33,441 nt of DNA from a virus (lineage: Duplodnaviria > Caudoviricetes). This document shows, in pieces, positions 11,138 to 19,502 of this stretch. Below the pieces are notes generated by a model. That model was not told where the DNA came from, did no database searches, and worked only from the letters and a program-made list of their open reading frames with translations. Position 1 is the first letter of the stretch, and every line of letters starts with the position of its first letter. Position numbers and translations under genes: made by a program. The stretch spans positions 1-33,441 of the IMG/VR virus record IMGVR_UViG_3300020462_000026; one strand, given 5' to 3'.

Positions 11138-11337
11138 AGAATTTAATAAAGGTCAAAGATCATCCTCATCTTTATAGGGATGAGGATACTGGAGCAATTG
11201 TTAATTGTGATGATATTGCTTATGATAGATATATGAGCAAGGTGAAAAGAAAAAAATCCGAGAAAGAAGAATTAAATAATATGAAAAAAGATATTGAAGA
11301 AATAAAAAATTTACTCAAAGATTTTTTAAACAAATAA
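11134..11337 (+). CDS. Small hypothetical protein with C-terminal coiled coil
   Basis: ATGA overlap with the upstream gene; 'KVKDHPHLYRD..TGAIVN' followed by a heptad-like 'ELNNMKKDIEEIKNLLKDFL'. Confidence 0.75.
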   Translation: MKNLIKVKDHPHLYRDEDTGAIVNCDDIAYDRYMSKVKRKKSEKEELNNMKKDIEEIKNLLKDFLNK

Positions 11338-11354
11338 CTGCTACCAATAATTCA

Positions 11355-11362
11355 TATAAATA
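11355..11362 (+). promoter_or_regulatory. Late promoter TATAAATA
   Basis: Exact consensus in the intergenic gap before the ATG at 11390. Confidence 0.8.
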
Positions 11363-11389
11363 TCTAAAGGATTATAATTTATAAAGATA

Positions 11390-11740
11390 ATGGCAGTTTA
11401 TGCATCTAATATTGTGATTGAGCAGGGATTTGATTTTTCCAGCTCTTTTGCCTTAGGTGACTCTAGAACTAATTCCAGTCTGAATATTACTGGATACGGT
11501 GTTACTGCACAGTTAAGAAAAAGTCCCTCTAGTTCAAAATCAGTTTCTTTTGCTTCAACAATTTTAGATCCTGAAGTTGGTATTATTGAACTTTCATTAA
11601 CTGATGAGCAAACTCTGAATATAACCCCTGGTAGATATGTTTATGATGTTCTTTTTGAAATTGGGGGATTAGATTCTGGAGGAAAAAAATACAAAGCAGT
11701 TGAGGGTATGGCTTTAGTAAGAGCGGGGGTAACAAGGTAA
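11390..11740 (+). CDS. Small virion structural protein (BppU-N/Ig-like beta domain)
   Basis: Pattern 'NIVIEQG.DF...NITGY...AQLRKS...GIIELSLTDEQT..ITPGRYVYDV...VEG'; follows a late promoter. Confidence 0.7.
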   Translation: MAVYASNIVIEQGFDFSSSFALGDSRTNSSLNITGYGVTAQLRKSPSSSKSVSFASTILDPEVGIIELSLTDEQTLNITPGRYVYDVLFEIGGLDSGGKKYKAVEGMALVRAGVTR

Positions 11741-12219
11741 TGCCAAGTATACCAGATAGAATTGGTGGACAAGGAGTAATAAAAGTTCTTTCGAACATTA
11801 GTGGATCATCTGTATCTAGAATTGTAGATCTAAGTGATGTTGATGTATCATCTCTAGCAGATGGTTTCGTCTTAGAATACAATGCAAATACATCTAAATT
11901 CATCACAACAGATACATTTAGATTTGTTAGAAATATTAATGTAACTGATACAACAACAACTCAAAATCTTGATGTTATTGGTATCACTACATTTAGAGGT
12001 GATTTATTTGTAGGTTCAGAACTGTATGTTGACGAATACTTAATTTATGAAAATAATTTCAATGGTCCAAATGGAGTTGGTTATTTTACAACAGAAGGAA
12101 AATTAGTAAGTAGTGGAAGCACTGCAGCGGCAATAGAAACAAGTAATTTCATATTAACAACTGATGAACCAACTGGAATTGTTACTTGGACTAGTATCCT
12201 TGATGGGGGAGAATATTAA
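11740..12219 (+). CDS. Short fibre-like structural protein (wac/fibritin position)
   Basis: 'LSDVDVSSLADGFVLEYNANTSKF' fibre-type motif and C-terminal 'LDGGEY'; TAATG coupling at both ends; immediately precedes gp13. Confidence 0.55.
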   Translation: MPSIPDRIGGQGVIKVLSNISGSSVSRIVDLSDVDVSSLADGFVLEYNANTSKFITTDTFRFVRNINVTDTTTTQNLDVIGITTFRGDLFVGSELYVDEYLIYENNFNGPNGVGYFTTEGKLVSSGSTAAAIETSNFILTTDEPTGIVTWTSILDGGEY

Positions 12220-13058
12220 TGGCAAAACCAAGTACAAGGCAAGGATTAATTGATTATTGTCTTAGAAAATTGGGTGCTCCCGTATTAGAGATTAATGTTG
12301 ACGATGATCAGATAGATGATTTAGTCGATGATACTATTCAATATTTTAATGAGAGACACTTTGATGGTGTCGAGAGAATGTACTTAAAATATAAAGTATC
12401 ACAGGAAGATGTTGATAGAGGAACTGCCGATGGGACAGATGGGGTTGGAATTGTAACAACGACTGGAACTTCAAATATTGTAGGGACTGCAACTACTTTT
12501 AATTTCTACGAAAATTCAAATTATATACAAGTTCCCGATTCAGTAATAGGAATTGAAAAAGTATTTAAATTTGACACTAGTGCAATTTCCGGAGGAATGT
12601 TTAGTATTAAATATCAATTGTTTTTGAATGATTTATATTTTTTTAATTCTGTAGATCTTTTACAGTATTCAATGACTAAAAGATATCTCGAAGATATTGA
12701 TTTTTTACTTACCACAGATAAACAGATAAGATACAACAAAAGGCAAGATAGATTATACTTAGATATAGATTGGGGAGCACAATCTAAAGATACATTTTTT
12801 GTAATCGATTGTTACAGAGCATTAGATCCGGAATCATTTACTCAGGTATATAATGATTCATTTGTAAAAAAATACTTGACGGCATTAATAAAAAGACAAT
12901 GGGGTCAAAATTTAATTAAATTTAATGGAGTTAAACTTCCTGGTGGAATTGAATTAAATGGAAGACAAATATATGAAGATGCTCAAAGGGATTTGGAAGA
13001 TATAAAACAAAGAATGTCTTCTGAATATGAATTACCACCTTTAGATCTAATTGGATAA
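12219..13058 (+). CDS. gp13: Neck protein gp13
   Basis: 'RQGLIDYCLRKLGAPVLEINVDDDQIDD', 'HFDG', 'YLTALIKRQWGQNLIKF.G..LPGGI.LNG'. Confidence 0.95.
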   Translation: MAKPSTRQGLIDYCLRKLGAPVLEINVDDDQIDDLVDDTIQYFNERHFDGVERMYLKYKVSQEDVDRGTADGTDGVGIVTTTGTSNIVGTATTFNFYENSNYIQVPDSVIGIEKVFKFDTSAISGGMFSIKYQLFLNDLYFFNSVDLLQYSMTKRYLEDIDFLLTTDKQIRYNKRQDRLYLDIDWGAQSKDTFFVIDCYRALDPESFTQVYNDSFVKKYLTALIKRQWGQNLIKFNGVKLPGGIELNGRQIYEDAQRDLEDIKQRMSSEYELPPLDLIG

Positions 13059-13060
13059 TT

Positions 13061-14524
13061 ATGGCACTGAATCCCTATTTTCTTCAAGGTTCATCTGGTG
13101 AGCAGAGTCTTGTACAAGACTTGGTAAATGAACAGTTAAAAATGTATGGAATAGAGGTTTACTATATTCCAAGAAAACTATTGAAAACTGATGATATACT
13201 TAATGAAGTTCAGTCTTCAAAATTTGATACAAGTTTTATAATTGAAGCATATTTAAATAATTATGACGGATATGCACCTGATAGTGATATCATGACCAAA
13301 TTTGGTCTAAGACTTAAAAATGAAATAACTTTAGTTCTTTCAAAAGAAAGATTTGAAGAATCAATTTCACCATACTTAGCAGAGATTGCTTCAATATCCA
13401 GAGTATATTATCCAGGAGAAGATCTGGCATTTGTTGATAGACCAAAAGAAGGAGATTTAGTTTATTTTCCTTTAGGTGAAAGGTTTTTTGAAATTAAAAG
13501 AGTTGAAGTAGAAAAACCATTTTACCAATTAGGTAGAAACTACGTTTATGAATTATCTTGCGAACTCTTTGAATATGAAGATGAGGAAATTGATACTGGA
13601 ATTCCTGAAATTGATGAGGTTCTAGAAGATGTTGGTTATATTACCGATTTGAGATTGGTTGCTTTTGGTGGAACTGCAGAATGTGATTCAATACTTGTTC
13701 CAGGTTTCTCGGGTGTTACTAATGTTGTCCTACTAAATGATGGAAATAATTACACAGGAATACCCACAGTAACAATAAGTCCTCCTAATGATGTTGGAGA
13801 TATAGATTTTAGTACTGTTACAGGTGCTACAGGAGTGGATGAATTTTCTCTGACAGCTACCGCAGTTGCAATAACTACATCAGTTGGTGATGCAATATCA
13901 ATCAAAGAAATAGTCATTACAAATACTGGATATGGATACACCTTACCTCCTACGGTAACTATTGCTGGAGGAGGTGGTTCTGGAGCAATTGCTACTTGTG
14001 TCATAGCAGAAAGTCCTATTCTTAAGATTGAAGTTACAGATAAGGGAGATAGATATTATGAAGCACCAACCATCACAATAGATGCACCAGTCGGTGGAGG
14101 AACAACTGCAACGGCAATCTCTAGAATTTTCAATGGAAGAGTGTCAGAAGTATTATTAACAAATGCAGGTTCTGGATACACTTCTAAACCAAATATTACA
14201 GTTTCTTCACCACCTGCTGTAGGAATTGGAACTTATATTGTTTCAGAAACAGTTACTGGTTCTCTTTCTGGAGTTACTGCAGAAGTCAAATCTTGGACTA
14301 ATCCAGGACAAGATATTGATAAGATTCTCAGAGTTTCACTAAATAGTGGAACATTTAGTGAAGGAGAAAATATAGTTGGTTCTTCCTCATCTGCAACTTA
14401 TACCTTAAAGTCATATGATTTAGATACTTCTACAAGTGATGAATATTCCGATAACAGTGAATTTGAGTTAGAAGCAGATAAAATATTAGACTTTACAGAA
14501 ACAAATCCTTTTGGTACATATTAA
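13061..14524 (+). CDS. gp14: Neck protein gp14 with inserted beta-repeat region
   Basis: 'NPYF.QG...EQ.LVQDL.NEQLKMYG.EVYYIPR', 'RPKEGDLVYFP', 'PFYQLG..YVYEL.CELFEY' and C-terminal 'ILDFTETNPFG'. Confidence 0.93.
   Translation: MALNPYFLQGSSGEQSLVQDLVNEQLKMYGIEVYYIPRKLLKTDDILNEVQSSKFDTSFIIEAYLNNYDGYAPDSDIMTKFGLRLKNEITLVLSKERFEESISPYLAEIASISRVYYPGEDLAFVDRPKEGDLVYFPLGERFFEIKRVEVEKPFYQLGRNYVYELSCELFEYEDEEIDTGIPEIDEVLEDVGYITDLRLVAFGGTAECDSILVPGFSGVTNVVLLNDGNNYTGIPTVTISPPNDVGDIDFSTVTGATGVDEFSLTATAVAITTSVGDAISIKEIVITNTGYGYTLPPTVTIAGGGGSGAIATCVIAESPILKIEVTDKGDRYYEAPTITIDAPVGGGTTATAISRIFNGRVSEVLLTNAGSGYTSKPNITVSSPPAVGIGTYIVSETVTGSLSGVTAEVKSWTNPGQDIDKILRVSLNSGTFSEGENIVGSSSSATYTLKSYDLDTSTSDEYSDNSEFELEADKILDFTETNPFGTY
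13715..14215 (+). repeat. Four degenerate protein-level repeats ([IV]..[IV].[LIV]...G..Y...P.[VI]T[IV]) in gp14
   Basis: VTNVVLLNDGNNYTGIPTVTI / IKEIVITNTGYGYTLPPTVTI / ILKIEVTDKGDRYYEAPTITI / VSEVLLTNAGSGYTSKPNITV. Confidence 0.85.
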
Positions 14525-15324
14525 TGTTAGGAACATACTATTATAACGAAATAATTAGAAAAACAATTATAGCATTTGGAACTCTCTTTAATGATATTCA
14601 CATCAAACATAAAGACAATTCTGATGATGTAATTTCTGATATGAAAGTTGGTCTTTCTTATGGACCAATGCAGAAATTTCTTGCAAAAATTGAACAACAG
14701 GAAGATTTAACAAAACCTGTTGCAATTACTTTACCAAGAATGTCTTTTGAAATGAGTAGTATTCAATATGATGGTGATAGAAAAACTGGAATAGTACAGA
14801 CATTTAAAGCAACTGACAAAAATGGAAAGGTAAAAAAAGTTTTTATGCCCGTTCCATATAATATTGGATTTGAGTTGAATATCTTCTCTAAATTAAATGA
14901 TGATGCTCTCCAAATAGTTGAACAAATACTACCATTTTTTCAACCATCATTTAATGTTACTGTAGATTTAGTAGAATCTATTGGTGAAAAGAGAGATGTT
15001 CCTATTGTTTTAGATAGTATTGATTTTCAAGATGATTATGAGGGATCATTCCAAACTCGCAGAGCATTAATTTATACTATAAGATTTACTGCAAAAACTT
15101 ATCTCTTCGGTCCTGTTGCAGATAGCACTGATGGACTTATTAGAAAGGTTCAGGTTGATTTATATGCTGATACAAATACTAAAACAGCAAAACGTGAAAT
15201 GAGATATACTGTTGTTCCTGATCCAATTGATGCAGAACCTGGTGATGATTTTGGATTTACAGAAAGTTGGGAATTTTTAGGAGACTCTAAAGAATTCAGT
15301 CCCACTAAAAAAGAGGATTACTAA
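14524..15324 (+). CDS. gp15: Tail sheath stabilizer/terminator gp15
   Basis: 'YYYNEIIRKTIIAFGTLFNDI', 'LPRMSFE', 'PVPYNIGFEL', 'QIVEQILPFFQP', 'DDYEG'. Confidence 0.95.
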   Translation: MLGTYYYNEIIRKTIIAFGTLFNDIHIKHKDNSDDVISDMKVGLSYGPMQKFLAKIEQQEDLTKPVAITLPRMSFEMSSIQYDGDRKTGIVQTFKATDKNGKVKKVFMPVPYNIGFELNIFSKLNDDALQIVEQILPFFQPSFNVTVDLVESIGEKRDVPIVLDSIDFQDDYEGSFQTRRALIYTIRFTAKTYLFGPVADSTDGLIRKVQVDLYADTNTKTAKREMRYTVVPDPIDAEPGDDFGFTESWEFLGDSKEFSPTKKEDY

Positions 15325-15330
15325 TCTATT

Positions 15331-15747
15331 ATGAATAATTATGATTCAATCGATAAGGCTCTGAATATTGAGAGTGATATTGTCGAGTCAAAACCAATCA
15401 AAAAACCAGAGATTGTAAAATCAAAGGATGATCATACAGATACAGATTATACCTATACTCGTGCGAACCTCTACTCCCTTATAGAGAAGGGTCAGGAGGC
15501 AATTAACGGCATTATGGAGGTAGCAGGTGAAGGAGGCAGTCCAAGAGCATATGAGGTCGCAGGGCAGTTGATTAAGAGTGTTGCAGATACTACTGACAAG
15601 TTGATGGATTTACAAAAGAAACTAAAAGAAGTAGAGGACGAAACTAAGAAGACTACAAACAATGTTACTAATAATGCAGTGTTTGTTGGGTCTACATCAG
15701 AACTTCAAAAAATGTTAAAGCAAGGTTTTCTAAATAATAAAGAATAG
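15331..15747 (+). CDS. gp16: Terminase small subunit gp16
   Basis: 'DY.YTRANLYSLIEKGQEAI', 'SPRAYEVAGQLIK', 'NNAVFVGSTSELQKML'. Confidence 0.93.
   Translation: MNNYDSIDKALNIESDIVESKPIKKPEIVKSKDDHTDTDYTYTRANLYSLIEKGQEAINGIMEVAGEGGSPRAYEVAGQLIKSVADTTDKLMDLQKKLKEVEDETKKTTNNVTNNAVFVGSTSELQKMLKQGFLNNKE
15730..15736 (+). promoter_or_regulatory. Probable late promoter CTAAATA inside the 3' end of gp16
   Basis: TAAATA core 25 nt upstream of the ATG at 15762; the same variant recurs before gp18, gp20, gp3 and uvsW. Confidence 0.6.
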
Positions 15748-15761
15748 ACTACTTTTCATTA

Positions 15762-17846
15762 ATGAAAAAGTGTAAGCAAGGATATTATTATTGCTATACA
15801 GATAAAAAATGCAAACGAATTCCAATGGGGTATCGTATTGCATCTGGTGGATATCTTCGTAAAGAAAATGAAAACTCTACAGATGATAATGAAAATGATA
15901 GTACCAATAGTAATGGTAATGGCAATGGTGGTAATGGTAGTGGGAGTGGCAATGGTGGATCCAACGGAGGTGGAATGAGTGAATCGAAATCTGGTGATAG
16001 TTCTTTGCGTGACTGGTTTGGCAAGAGTAGGTCTAGTGATGGCAAGCCTGGTTGGGTTCAATTGGGTGGTAAATATGCCGGAAAACCCTGTGCCAAACAA
16101 CCAGGACAAACCACAAAACCAAAATGCGGATCCAGTAAAATGGCCGCAAATTTAGACGACAAGGAAGAACAAAAAGCATTTAATAGAAAGCAACGTCAAG
16201 ATCCAAATCCAAATAGAAAAGGGAAGGCAATCAACGTGAAGACAGAAGAAACTGTAGTAGAAAAGGCAGGTGAAAAAGATGCCTGTTATAAGAAAGTCAA
16301 GAGTAGATATAGTGTCTGGCCTTCTGCATATGCATCCGGAGCACTTGTAAAGTGTCGTAAGAAAGGTGCTGCTAATTGGGGAAATAAGAGTGAAGAGATT
16401 GATTATAAGACGTTTGTGTCTAATGCAAGAGCGGCAGCAGGAAAGAGTGCAAAAAAAACTTTAAATAAAAATAAAGAGAAGTTCCTCAAGGGAATCACAA
16501 AACCCGAAGAATTGAAAAAGCAAGCAGTTTCAGACAGTTTTCAATATTCTAATTGGAAAGATGATTTTCAAGCAACCGAATATGAGTTCGTTGATATTAT
16601 CAAAGCAGAACCTTTGATTTCTGAGTCACCGAGTTTTGAAATTAAAAAGACTACCGAAGTGCAAGGTCCTGAAGTACCAAAAGAAAAACAGTGGAATGCT
16701 GGACCTGCATCTAAAAGAACAAAAGAGGGTATAGATAGACTTAAAAAGAAATTAAAAAAAGAAGAAGTCGAAACTATTGATGAACTAAAGTGCTGGAAAG
16801 GGTATAAGAGAAAGAAAGGTTCTATTCCAGGAGAAAAGGGTTCTTGTGTAAAAGCACATGTAGAACTTGAAGGTGAGCATATTGAAGAAAGGAAAGATGA
16901 TACTGATATCGGAGAAAAAACTGGTAAAAAAGTTCCAAGAAAGAATATTTCCGATGCAAATCGTTATGAAATGGAAAAGAGAAGAAGAAAAAATTTAAAT
17001 AAAAGACCAGGAGATGCACCTGGGGACAGCAAATTAATTCGGGCACTTCGTGATAAAGCAAAAGAGACTGGAAATTATGCAGAAGAAAAAGAAGAATCAA
17101 AAGTTGGTGGTGGCAACTTAAAAAAACTTACGGCAAAAGCAGTGAGAAGAGTTGATGCTGATGTTGATGGTGATGTAGATACTAATGACATGAAGTCTTC
17201 AGAGACTGGAGTTTTTGTTCCTTCTCCTGATGGTAAGAAACTAAAACCAAAGGTAAGGTTTGAAGGTGCTTCAGATTGGAGAAATGAACTTGATGAAGGA
17301 TGGAAAAGTGCTCTTGCTGGTGCAGGTGTTGCTGCTGCTCTGATGTCTCAGGGTGGTCAAAAAGCACCCGATAAAAAAACAACAACATCTCCTTCCCGTT
17401 CTAATACAGAAAGAGTTTCAAAAACTACACAAAAAAAACTAAGTCCAATGGACCAGTGGAGAAAAAATCACCCAAAATTAGCAAACAAATCTGATAATCC
17501 TCCAGAGTTTAAAAGAAAAAAATTAAGTCCCATAAACAAAGATTGGGCAAAAGCAAATCCAAAATTAGCAGAAAAAGAAAAAGACAATAGAAGTAAACTT
17601 GGAGAAGGTGCTGCCTGGACTAAAAAATCGGGTAAGAATAAGAAAGGTGGTCTTAATGAAAAGGGACGCAAGTCTTATGAAGCAGAAAATCCTGGTTCTG
17701 ATCTAAAAGCACCTAGTAAAAAAGTTGGTAATCCTCGTAGGAAAAGTTTTTGTGCGAGAATGAAGGGAATGCGAAAGAGGCAAAAACCGTCTAATAATAC
17801 TGGAGATGATAGATTGTCTAAATCATTAAGAGCTTGGAATTGTTAA
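15762..17846 (+). CDS. 694-aa modular, Lys/Arg-rich hypothetical protein; candidate internal-head polyprotein
   Basis: Long uninterrupted ORF filling the gp16-gp17 gap. Discrete Cys/Trp/basic modules separated by acidic linkers; N/G-rich low-complexity stretch; C-terminal 'KGGLNEKGRKSYE..NPGSDLKAP...RRKSFCARMKGM...SLRAWNC' module. The CDS is secure, the function inferred. Confidence 0.8.
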   Translation: MKKCKQGYYYCYTDKKCKRIPMGYRIASGGYLRKENENSTDDNENDSTNSNGNGNGGNGSGSGNGGSNGGGMSESKSGDSSLRDWFGKSRSSDGKPGWVQLGGKYAGKPCAKQPGQTTKPKCGSSKMAANLDDKEEQKAFNRKQRQDPNPNRKGKAINVKTEETVVEKAGEKDACYKKVKSRYSVWPSAYASGALVKCRKKGAANWGNKSEEIDYKTFVSNARAAAGKSAKKTLNKNKEKFLKGITKPEELKKQAVSDSFQYSNWKDDFQATEYEFVDIIKAEPLISESPSFEIKKTTEVQGPEVPKEKQWNAGPASKRTKEGIDRLKKKLKKEEVETIDELKCWKGYKRKKGSIPGEKGSCVKAHVELEGEHIEERKDDTDIGEKTGKKVPRKNISDANRYEMEKRRRKNLNKRPGDAPGDSKLIRALRDKAKETGNYAEEKEESKVGGGNLKKLTAKAVRRVDADVDGDVDTNDMKSSETGVFVPSPDGKKLKPKVRFEGASDWRNELDEGWKSALAGAGVAAALMSQGGQKAPDKKTTTSPSRSNTERVSKTTQKKLSPMDQWRKNHPKLANKSDNPPEFKRKKLSPINKDWAKANPKLAEKEKDNRSKLGEGAAWTKKSGKNKKGGLNEKGRKSYEAENPGSDLKAPSKKVGNPRRKSFCARMKGMRKRQKPSNNTGDDRLSKSLRAWNC
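15912..15974 (+). repeat. Low-complexity (AATGGT/AATGGC-like) repeat encoding an Asn/Gly/Ser linker
   Basis: aatggtaatggcaatggtggtaatggtagtgggagtggcaatggtgga..., encoding NGNGNGGNGSGSGNGGSNGGG. Confidence 0.8.
17433..17588 (+). repeat. Degenerate tandem duplication within the 694-aa ORF
   Basis: KKLSPMDQWRKNHPKLANKSDN versus KKLSPINKDWAKANPKLAEKEKDN; the DNA shares 'taagtcc' and 'ccaaaattagca'. Confidence 0.8.
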
Positions 17847-17855
17847 TTTGATTTT

Positions 17856-19502
17856 ATGAGTGACGTATATCTTGGTAATCCACTATTAAAGAAAGCAAAT
17901 ACACCGATCCAATTCACTGAGGAACAAGTCATTGAGTTTCTCAAGTGTAAAGAAGATCCGGTGTATTTTGCTAATAATTATATTAAAATTGTTTCTCTTG
18001 ATGAGGGATTAACACAGTTTCATCCTTATCATTTTCAAGAGAAACTAATTAATAATTTTCATAATAACAGGTTTAATATCTGTAAAATGCCACGTCAGAC
18101 TGGTAAGTCTACTACTGTCGTATCATATCTCTTGCACTATGCACTTTTTAATGATAGTGTAAATATTGGTATTCTGGCAAATAAAGCATCTACTGCTAGA
18201 GAATTGTTGGCAAGACTAGCAACTGCATTCGAAAACTTGCCAAAATGGATGCAACAAGGTATCTTGGTATGGAACAAAGGAAACATCGAATTAGAAAATG
18301 GCAGTAAGATATTGGCAGCTTCTACATCTGCGAGTGCTGTCCGAGGCATGTCGTTCAATATCCTCTTTCTCGACGAATTCGCATTCGTCCCTAATCACGT
18401 CGCTGACTCCTTCTTTGCATCTGTTTATCCTACTATTACTTCTGGTAAGAACACCAAAGTAATTATTGTATCTACACCGCATGGTATGAATCACTTCTAC
18501 CGTATGTGGCATGATGCGGAAAGAAATAAAAACGAATATATTCCCACAGAGGTTCACTGGTCAGAAGTTCCTGGTAGAGATGTAGTTTGGAAAGAGCAGA
18601 CAATTGCAAACACATCAGAAGCACAGTTCCGTGTTGAGTTTGAATGCGAGTTCTTAGGTTCTGTTAATACTCTTATTAACCCATCAAAACTCAAAACTTT
18701 AATATATGAAGATCCATTAAAAAGAAATGCTGGATTAGATGTCTATGAAAATCCAATTCCAGAACACAATTATCTAATTACGGTTGACGTTGCTCGTGGT
18801 CTTGGTAATGATTACTCAGCATTTATTGTTTTTGATATTACAGAGTTTCCTTATAGAGTAGTTGCAAAGTATAGAAATAATGAAATTAAACCAATGCTAT
18901 TTCCTAATATTATATTTGATGTAGCAAAAGGGTATAATGATTCTTGGTTATTGATAGAGGTAAATGATATTGGTGATCAGGTTGCTAGTATTCTCCAATA
19001 TGATTTGGAATATGAAAATATTCTTATGTGTGCCATGAGAGGTCGCAATGGTCAAGTTGTCGGATCAGGATTTAGTGGAAAGAAATCACAACTTGGTGTC
19101 AGAACAACTGCAGCAGTTAAAAAATTGGGTTGTTCTAATCTCAAAACTCTTATAGAAGATGATAAATTACTTGCATCGGATTATGAAATTATATCAGAAC
19201 TAACTACATTTTCCCAAAAAGGAAATTCTTTTGAGGCAGAAGAAGGATGTAATGACGATTTGGCAATGTGTCTTGTAATATTCTCTTGGTTAGTAGCACA
19301 AGAATATTTCAAGGAGATGACAGATAATGATGTAAGAAAGAGAATATATGAAGAGCAAAAAAATCAAATTGACCAAGATATGGCACCATTTGGATTTATT
19401 GAGGATGGGATTAATATTCAAGCAAGTTTTGTAGATGATTCTGGAGATAGATGGTATGCAGATGAATATGGTGATATGTCTTATATGTGGGATTATAAGT
19501 AG
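17856..19502 (+). CDS. gp17: Terminase large subunit gp17
   Basis: 'YLGNPLLKK', Walker A 'PRQTGKST', Walker B 'ILFLDEFAF', 'STPHG', nuclease 'VDVARG' and 'NDDLAMCL'; no intein or intron evident. Confidence 0.97.
   Translation: MSDVYLGNPLLKKANTPIQFTEEQVIEFLKCKEDPVYFANNYIKIVSLDEGLTQFHPYHFQEKLINNFHNNRFNICKMPRQTGKSTTVVSYLLHYALFNDSVNIGILANKASTARELLARLATAFENLPKWMQQGILVWNKGNIELENGSKILAASTSASAVRGMSFNILFLDEFAFVPNHVADSFFASVYPTITSGKNTKVIIVSTPHGMNHFYRMWHDAERNKNEYIPTEVHWSEVPGRDVVWKEQTIANTSEAQFRVEFECEFLGSVNTLINPSKLKTLIYEDPLKRNAGLDVYENPIPEHNYLITVDVARGLGNDYSAFIVFDITEFPYRVVAKYRNNEIKPMLFPNIIFDVAKGYNDSWLLIEVNDIGDQVASILQYDLEYENILMCAMRGRNGQVVGSGFSGKKSQLGVRTTAAVKKLGCSNLKTLIEDDKLLASDYEIISELTTFSQKGNSFEAEEGCNDDLAMCLVIFSWLVAQEYFKEMTDNDVRKRIYEEQKNQIDQDMAPFGFIEDGINIQASFVDDSGDRWYADEYGDMSYMWDYK

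Noticed and set aside
16451-17438. A7-A8 homopolymer runs as programmed frameshift or phase-variation sites
   Set aside because: Expected from Lys codons in an AT-rich gene; the ORF is intact and no meaningful alternative frame is evident.
18310-18420. GC-richer patch around the gp17 Walker B motif as a recombination tract
   Set aside because: Short and partly explained by Ala/Ser/Arg content; not assessable without related genomes.
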